A stretch of 32,000 nt of DNA from Acaryochloris thomasi RCC1774. GTDB taxonomy: Bacteria > Cyanobacteriota > Cyanobacteriia > Thermosynechococcales > Thermosynechococcaceae. Each line of letters starts with the position of its first letter. Position 1 is the first letter of the stretch. The notes beneath the pieces were generated by a model. It saw nothing but the letters and a program-made list of their open reading frames with translations. It had not been told where the DNA came from and did no database searches. The stretch is taken from the NCBI RefSeq assembly GCF_003231495.1, contig NZ_PQWO01000002.1, forward strand, positions 30,001 to 62,000. The letters run 5' to 3'. Positions 27,522-32,000 of this stretch are shown one piece after another. The position numbers and the translations under genes were made by a program.

Positions 27522-28238
27522 TCATTTGTGCCCTACCCGCATGAAGAAAGCAGGCATCTGGACTTGCTCACCGCTGGGCCACATTGTATTGGTGCTGATC
27601 GATGTTTCTCCCTGATCTAGAATCCCATAGCGGTTCTCTGGAAAAGCGCTGCGAACATTCTCGGGCGTGATCGCCGCTGGAGCGATTCCATGCTGGAATA
27701 CCCTGGCAAGCTGGGGCGGTGGAGCGCCTAGTTGTTCTGTCAGGCTCTCAAACAACTGCTTGGCTTTCGGACTCAGCTCTATGAGAAACAGTTGACCGTG
27801 ATTCCCTAATAAATGCTGTAGCGAGGCGATGACGGGCGGGCGATCCTCTGCCTGAATCTGGTGGAGAACACCTCGAATAAAGATATTCGCATCTCCAATA
27901 TTTTTGTGTAGGGTTTGAGCCTGCTGTAGATCCGTTGCATCCAGTACTACAAACGTGGGTTGGTTTCCCTGAATACCTGAGCGGGCTTGTTGAATCGCTG
28001 CGGCTGAGACATCTAGTCCCAATACCTGCGGAAAATGCTCGGCCAAAAAGAACGTCTGTGTACCGTTGCCACAGCCAAAATCTACTAAAGGGAGCTGTGG
28101 GTCAAACTGATCTTTAAAGTACTGTAGCAGTCCAGACAATTCAGTACCTGAGGGGACATCCCAAAAAGCTTGTTCTTGATCATCGGCAAGCGTACGCCAG
28201 TAGTTTTCCCAGGCTGTTTGATATTGACTCTCACTCAT
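27522..28238 (-). CDS. Class I SAM-dependent methyltransferase
   Basis: Motif I is LVDFGCGNGTQT, followed by VLGLDVSAAAI and FIRGVLHQI blocks. Confidence 0.8.
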   Translation of the reverse strand: MSESQYQTAWENYWRTLADDQEQAFWDVPSGTELSGLLQYFKDQFDPQLPLVDFGCGNGTQTFFLAEHFPQVLGLDVSAAAIQQARSGIQGNQPTFVVLDATDLQQAQTLHKNIGDANIFIRGVLHQIQAEDRPPVIASLQHLLGNHGQLFLIELSPKAKQLFESLTEQLGAPPPQLARVFQHGIAPAAITPENVRSAFPENRYGILDQGETSISTNTMWPSGEQVQMPAFFMRVGHK

Positions 28239-28294
28239 GGGATGTCTGACTGTTTAACTACTTCTATAGAATAATTGAACACTGATCCAGAGAT

Positions 28295-28858
28295 GTGAAA
28301 GGCTTCGTGTTGAACTCTAGAGAGCTAAAGCCGTTTGATGGCTATATCGATAGCACAAAGATTGCTGTGATTGGCTGCTGCGGTGCTGGGAAATCAACCT
28401 TAGCGCGACGTCTGGGCAAGACTTTAAGTCTGCCTGTTCTTCATCTAGATGCTTACTACTGGCAGTCTGGCTGGATCGAAACCCCTGAACCCCAGTGGCG
28501 AGAGATTGTGACTGATTTAGTCGAGGGCCAAGCCTGGATTATGGATGGCAACTACAGCAGCACCTTTGACATCCGTTTTTCAGCGGTGGAGACGATTATC
28601 TGGCTAGACTTTCCGCGTTGGCTTTGTTTGGGGCAGGTACTTAAGCGTATCTGGCGGTATCGAGGTCGGACGAGGGCTGATATGGCTGCGGGATGCCCTG
28701 AACGTTTTGATTGGGACTTTCTCCGATGGGTGTGGGATTTTCCGAAAAGGAGCAGGCCGAAGATTTTAGAGGCGTTAGATCGTTATGCTGAAGGGAGGCA
28801 GGTAATTGTGCTGCGTCATCCTTCAGATGTACGACGATTCTTGTCCGAGATTCAATAG
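28295..28858 (+). CDS. P-loop NTPase of the adenylate-kinase-like / 'topology modulation protein' type
   Basis: The Walker A motif is IAVIGCCGAGKSTLARRL. The segment LHLDAYYWQSGW...W.......V.....WIMDGNY is typical of this small kinase-like family. The start is non-ATG (GTG 28295, or 28307). Confidence 0.7.
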   Translation: MKGFVLNSRELKPFDGYIDSTKIAVIGCCGAGKSTLARRLGKTLSLPVLHLDAYYWQSGWIETPEPQWREIVTDLVEGQAWIMDGNYSSTFDIRFSAVETIIWLDFPRWLCLGQVLKRIWRYRGRTRADMAAGCPERFDWDFLRWVWDFPKRSRPKILEALDRYAEGRQVIVLRHPSDVRRFLSEIQ

Positions 28859-28886
28859 GCTGTTCTTCGCAGATAGGAGTAAAAGC

Positions 28887-30755
28887 ATGACTTCGACCGT
28901 TACTAAGGCTGCGTCAGCAACACAGGCGCGGGATGTACAGGTCTTCCCGATTGGAACTGATACGCTAGCGTTGCGATCGCGAAGCTGGAACCGTCTTCGC
29001 TTTGAGGTCGAATATGCTCTAGAGCGGGGCACGACTGCTAATTCCTATATTATTCGCGGTGAGAAAACGGCCCTCATTGATCCGCCTGGAGGTACCTTCA
29101 CTGAAATTTATCTTGCTAAGCTCAAAGAGCTTTCTACCCCAAATGGTTCTAGCCAGCAGGGTGATTTCTTTGGTCGCCTTTGGGCGCAGGTGCGCTGGGT
29201 GACTCAGGAGACAATTGATGTCGATCAGTTTGGCTTCAATCTGAAACAGCTTGACTACCTGATTTTGGGGCACGTTAATCCCAACCGGGCAGAAACGCTG
29301 GATGTACTGCTGAAGCTGGTGCCTGACCTAACGATTGTTTGCTCTAATGCTGGGGCTGCGGTTCTGAAAACAAACCTGCCTGACCGAGAGTTGAAGTTAG
29401 AAATCATCAAAAATAGTGAGACCCAAACCCTTGATCTGGGTAAGGGACATCAACTCCAGTTTGTGCCGACGCCTACTCCGCGCTGGCCCGGTAGTTTGCT
29501 CACCTATGATGCCCGTACTCGAATTTTATTCAGTGATAAATTCTTTGGTGCCCATCGCTGTGGAGAGGCGGGCTTTGACGAAGATGCAGCGGGTCTGCGA
29601 GAAGACCGGCGCTACTATTATGATTGTCTGATGGCGGCCCACGTCCGGCAGGTGAATGCTGCCCTTGAGAAGATTAAGCCCTTGGGGGCGCGTATGTATG
29701 CTCCTGACCACGGGCCGATTGCCCGCTATGGTGTTCAGGAGCTGATGCAGTCCTATGAAAATTGGGGTAAGCAGCAGCAGACGAATACGGAGATGGTGGC
29801 GGTGCTGTACGCTTCGGCCTACGGTAATACGGCGACGATTGGAGATGCGATCGCAAGGGGGATCACCAAAGCTGGAGTTCAGGTTGAGTCGATCAACTGT
29901 GAAGCCGCCACAACCGAAGAAATTCAGGCTGCCGCAGACAAGTGCGATGGTTTCATCATTGGTTCTCCCACGCTCGGGGGGCATGCGCCCACTCAGATTC
30001 AAGCGGCGCTGGGTCTGATGCTTTCCACCGTGCCCAAAGATAAGCCCGTCGGTGTATTCGGTTCCTTCGGCTGGAGTGGAGAAGCCATTGACTTGCTCCA
30101 GGACAAGCTGCGGGATGCAGGCTACAGCTTTGGCTTTGAGCCGATCAAGGTTAAATTCAAGCCCACCGCCGCCACCCTCAAAACCTGTGAAGAGGCCGGA
30201 ACAGACTTTGCTCAGGGACTGAAAAAGGCGAAGAAGGCCAAAGCCCGTCGTCAGGGCACCACAAAGCTAGGGGGCAGTCAGATTACGCCGACAGAGCAGG
30301 CAATGGGACGAATTGTCGGTTCTCTGTGCATCTTGACGGCTCAGCAAGGCGAAGTCAGCAGCGGTATGTTGGCTTCTTGGGTGTCTCAGGCCACGTTTAC
30401 GCCACCGGGTCTAACGGTGGCAGTGGCAAAGGATCGGGCCGTAGAGTCTCTGCTGTATACGAAAAATTCTTTTGTTCTCAATGTTTTACCAGAAGACAAC
30501 TATCAGGGGTTGATGAAGCATTTCTTGAAGCCCTTTGGCCCTGGCGAAGATCGGTTTGCAGATGTTGAAACAGAGGAGGCTGACAATGGCGGTCCGATTC
30601 TCAAAGATGCGCTGTCCTATCTAGAATGTGAAGTCGAGAACCGCATGGAATGTGGTGACCATTGGGTCATTTATGCCGTTGTGAAGAACGGACAGGTGCT
30701 ACAGCAGAATGTGAAGACAGCGCTGCACCACCGCAAGTCAGGGCGAACCTATTAG
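28887..30755 (+). CDS. flv1: Class-C flavodiiron protein with non-canonical 'diiron' site residues (Flv1/FlvA-like)
   Basis: ATG 28887 has AGGAG 8 nt upstream. The domain order is the same as in the other Flv. The ligand positions instead read H-V-N-P-N-R (29271-29288), PRWPG (His to Arg) and SDKFFG (Asp to Lys). An insertion (PNGSSQQGDFFGRLWAQVRW...) lies in the lactamase-like domain. The paralogue name is an inference. Confidence 0.9.
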   Translation: MTSTVTKAASATQARDVQVFPIGTDTLALRSRSWNRLRFEVEYALERGTTANSYIIRGEKTALIDPPGGTFTEIYLAKLKELSTPNGSSQQGDFFGRLWAQVRWVTQETIDVDQFGFNLKQLDYLILGHVNPNRAETLDVLLKLVPDLTIVCSNAGAAVLKTNLPDRELKLEIIKNSETQTLDLGKGHQLQFVPTPTPRWPGSLLTYDARTRILFSDKFFGAHRCGEAGFDEDAAGLREDRRYYYDCLMAAHVRQVNAALEKIKPLGARMYAPDHGPIARYGVQELMQSYENWGKQQQTNTEMVAVLYASAYGNTATIGDAIARGITKAGVQVESINCEAATTEEIQAAADKCDGFIIGSPTLGGHAPTQIQAALGLMLSTVPKDKPVGVFGSFGWSGEAIDLLQDKLRDAGYSFGFEPIKVKFKPTAATLKTCEEAGTDFAQGLKKAKKAKARRQGTTKLGGSQITPTEQAMGRIVGSLCILTAQQGEVSSGMLASWVSQATFTPPGLTVAVAKDRAVESLLYTKNSFVLNVLPEDNYQGLMKHFLKPFGPGEDRFADVETEEADNGGPILKDALSYLECEVENRMECGDHWVIYAVVKNGQVLQQNVKTALHHRKSGRTY

Positions 30756-30957
30756 ATGTCGTTTTGAGCTAAACGTAATTGAGTAGAACGCGGATGTTGG
30801 CTGATCTAAATCGATATCGATCTATGCAATAGACCTCTCGCATATGCCCGCGGGCACCTCTGCATCCGCCCCCCGGTCCCCATGCCACTTGCTCCAAGTC
30901 AGGAAACCCGCCCAACGCAGTGGCTCCACTTCTGGGGGGAGAGTCCTTTTGGTCTTG

Positions 30958-31443
30958 CTACATAGTAGAGGAGTAGTAATCACAGCTAAGGATGCTGGCA
31001 ATTTCGAAAGTGAGCTTTTTCATTTCAGGGAACCAGGCGAAGGTGCCGAGCTGTTCCCATTGTTTGAAGTAGCGATCGCTAATCTCCACCATCGTCTCTA
31101 GATAGCCTGCCAGCGCCCTGCCGTGAAAAGCGGGTCTGAGTAGTTTGCGGTTGCGGCGGTGTTGCTCTCCTTCCTGTAGAAACAGTGATTCCCCGAGCAA
31201 GGTTTTGAAGGTGATGGGCCAGCCGTCTTGCCACGAGAAATGATCCATGTGGGAGGAGAGGATAAAGCGATTGGCTTCGGGACCGGCCATGACGACGGTG
31301 CGGCGACCAGCGATGTGCGATCGAAAAATGTTACCGTACTTGGCTTGCCGCTTGAGGGCGAAGTTGGGGTCGAACAGGAAGCTGAGGGTTTAGCCTATGA
31401 GGGGGAGGCCAAAGTTGCCTGGGGGGAGGGATTGTGAAGACAT
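30958..31443 (-). pseudogene. Cytochrome P450 (CYP120-like) remnant: N-terminal third only, with an in-frame TAA
   Basis: The minus strand from ATG 31443 reads MSSQSLPPGNFGLPLIG*TLSFLFDPNFALKRQAKYGNIFRSHIAGRRTVVMAGPEANRFILS...FLQEGEQHRRNRKLLRPAFHG...LTFEIASIL. Homology then ends in CDYYSSTM* at ~30985. The stop at 31390-31392 sits where Glu (IGETLSF) is expected. Confidence 0.8.
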
Positions 31444-31621
31444 TGAGGGTATAGGAAAGGTATTGGAATTACTTGCTTTACTATGACTAATATCAAACGG
31501 GAATGACGGAGGATTACCTGCGCTTCGTAGTAGATGTATTGTCTACGATATTCATCACCGAAAGGCTGGGTAATTTCCAGTCAATTTAATTCTTTTCTGA
31601 CCCTTCTTGTGTTGTACATCA

Positions 31622-32000
31622 ATGTCATCGTCACAGCAATCTATTGCAGAACAACGAATCCAGAAGGCTCTTGAAACCAATGCAACTGCACTGGACTTAT
31701 CAAGATTTGGTTTAACTTGTTTGCCAGCATCAATTGGGCAGTTGGTCAATCTGGCGACGCTTCGCCTCGACAGCAATCAATTGACGACCGTCCCCCCCGA
31801 ATTGGGACAACTGTTCAATCTGACTGAGCTTGACCTCGGCAAAAATCGACTGACGACGGTCCCCTCTGAATTGGGACAACTGGCCAATCTGACACAGCTT
31901 GACCTCTACAACAATCAGCTAACGACCGTCCCCCCTGAATTGGGACAACTGGCCAATCTGACAAGGCTTGACCTTCGCGTAAATCGACTGATCACGCTTC
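31622..32000 (+). CDS. Leucine-rich repeat protein, N-terminal part (continues beyond the window); possibly a ROCO/COR-type protein
   Basis: From ATG 31622 the sequence reads MSSSQQSIAEQRIQKALETNATALDLSRFGLTCLPASIGQLVNLATLRLDSNQLTTVPPELGQLFNLTELDLGKNRLTTVPSELGQLANLTQLDLYNNQLTTVPPELGQLANLTRLDL... These are 23-aa (69-bp) LRR units. It is absent from the ORF track because it runs off the window end. Confidence 0.8.
   Translation, partial: MSSSQQSIAEQRIQKALETNATALDLSRFGLTCLPASIGQLVNLATLRLDSNQLTTVPPELGQLFNLTELDLGKNRLTTVPSELGQLANLTQLDLYNNQLTTVPPELGQLANLTRLDLRVNRLITL

Noticed and set aside
26593-28238. Small Cys peptide plus methyltransferase considered as a RiPP biosynthetic cluster
   Set aside because: The peptide has a Sec signal rather than a leader peptide. 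No maturase (radical SAM, YcaO, lanthionine synthetase, peptidase or ABC exporter) is present. The adjacency to a generic SAM methyltransferase is insufficient.
30844-31437. Plus-strand ORFs 30844..31101 and 31228..31437
   Set aside because: They are antisense to the P450 remnant or lie in GC-rich non-coding DNA, and they have no motifs.
31555-31776. 73-aa minus-strand ORF
   Set aside because: It is antisense to the clearly periodic LRR coding frame that starts at 31622 on the plus strand.

Overview
This window looks like a chromosomal segment of a cyanobacterium. Supporting signs are many HIP1 octamers (GCGATCGC), a ferrochelatase with a C-terminal CAB/Hlip helix, two class-C flavodiiron proteins and a gpgP-gpgS pair. 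Most of it is ordinary housekeeping or conserved-hypothetical coding sequence on both strands. Recognisable genes are a PNPOx-like protein, a tandem-domain PTPS/QueD, tRNA-Tyr and tRNA-Thr, SAM methyltransferases, YaiI, carboxynorspermidine decarboxylase, a metallophosphoesterase, an ECF sigma/anti-sigma pair, TauE, GpgP/GpgS, HemH, Flv3-type and Flv1-type proteins, and a partial LRR protein. The unusual part is a ~7 kb stretch downstream of the tRNAs (about 2.35-9.37 kb) in which I found no HIP1. It holds an IS5-family (IS1031-like) element with 17-bp inverted repeats and a TTA target duplication. That element has been split by an IS110-family element. The long non-coding left end of the IS110 element shows the hallmarks of a bridge (guide) RNA: short segments match both insertion flanks and the element's own right end, set in two stem-enclosed loops. 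The same stretch also holds a ~1030-aa DUF4347 / ELWxxDGT-repeat / RTX protein built from nearly identical 147-bp tandem units, and an uncharacterised TIGR03032-family gene. A second accessory patch separates the two flv genes. It contains a small secreted Cys peptide with a duplicated CENYP..ARLRDYR module, and this gene lies inside a decayed ~570-bp tandem duplication. Other observations are an HLR1 (RpaB-type) direct repeat upstream of hemH, an orphan terminator and palindromes in the hemH-flv3 spacer, a truncated and nonsense-mutated CYP120-like P450 pseudogene, and a structured ~490-bp non-coding gap. All calls rest on reading the sequence and recalling protein families; no database search was run.
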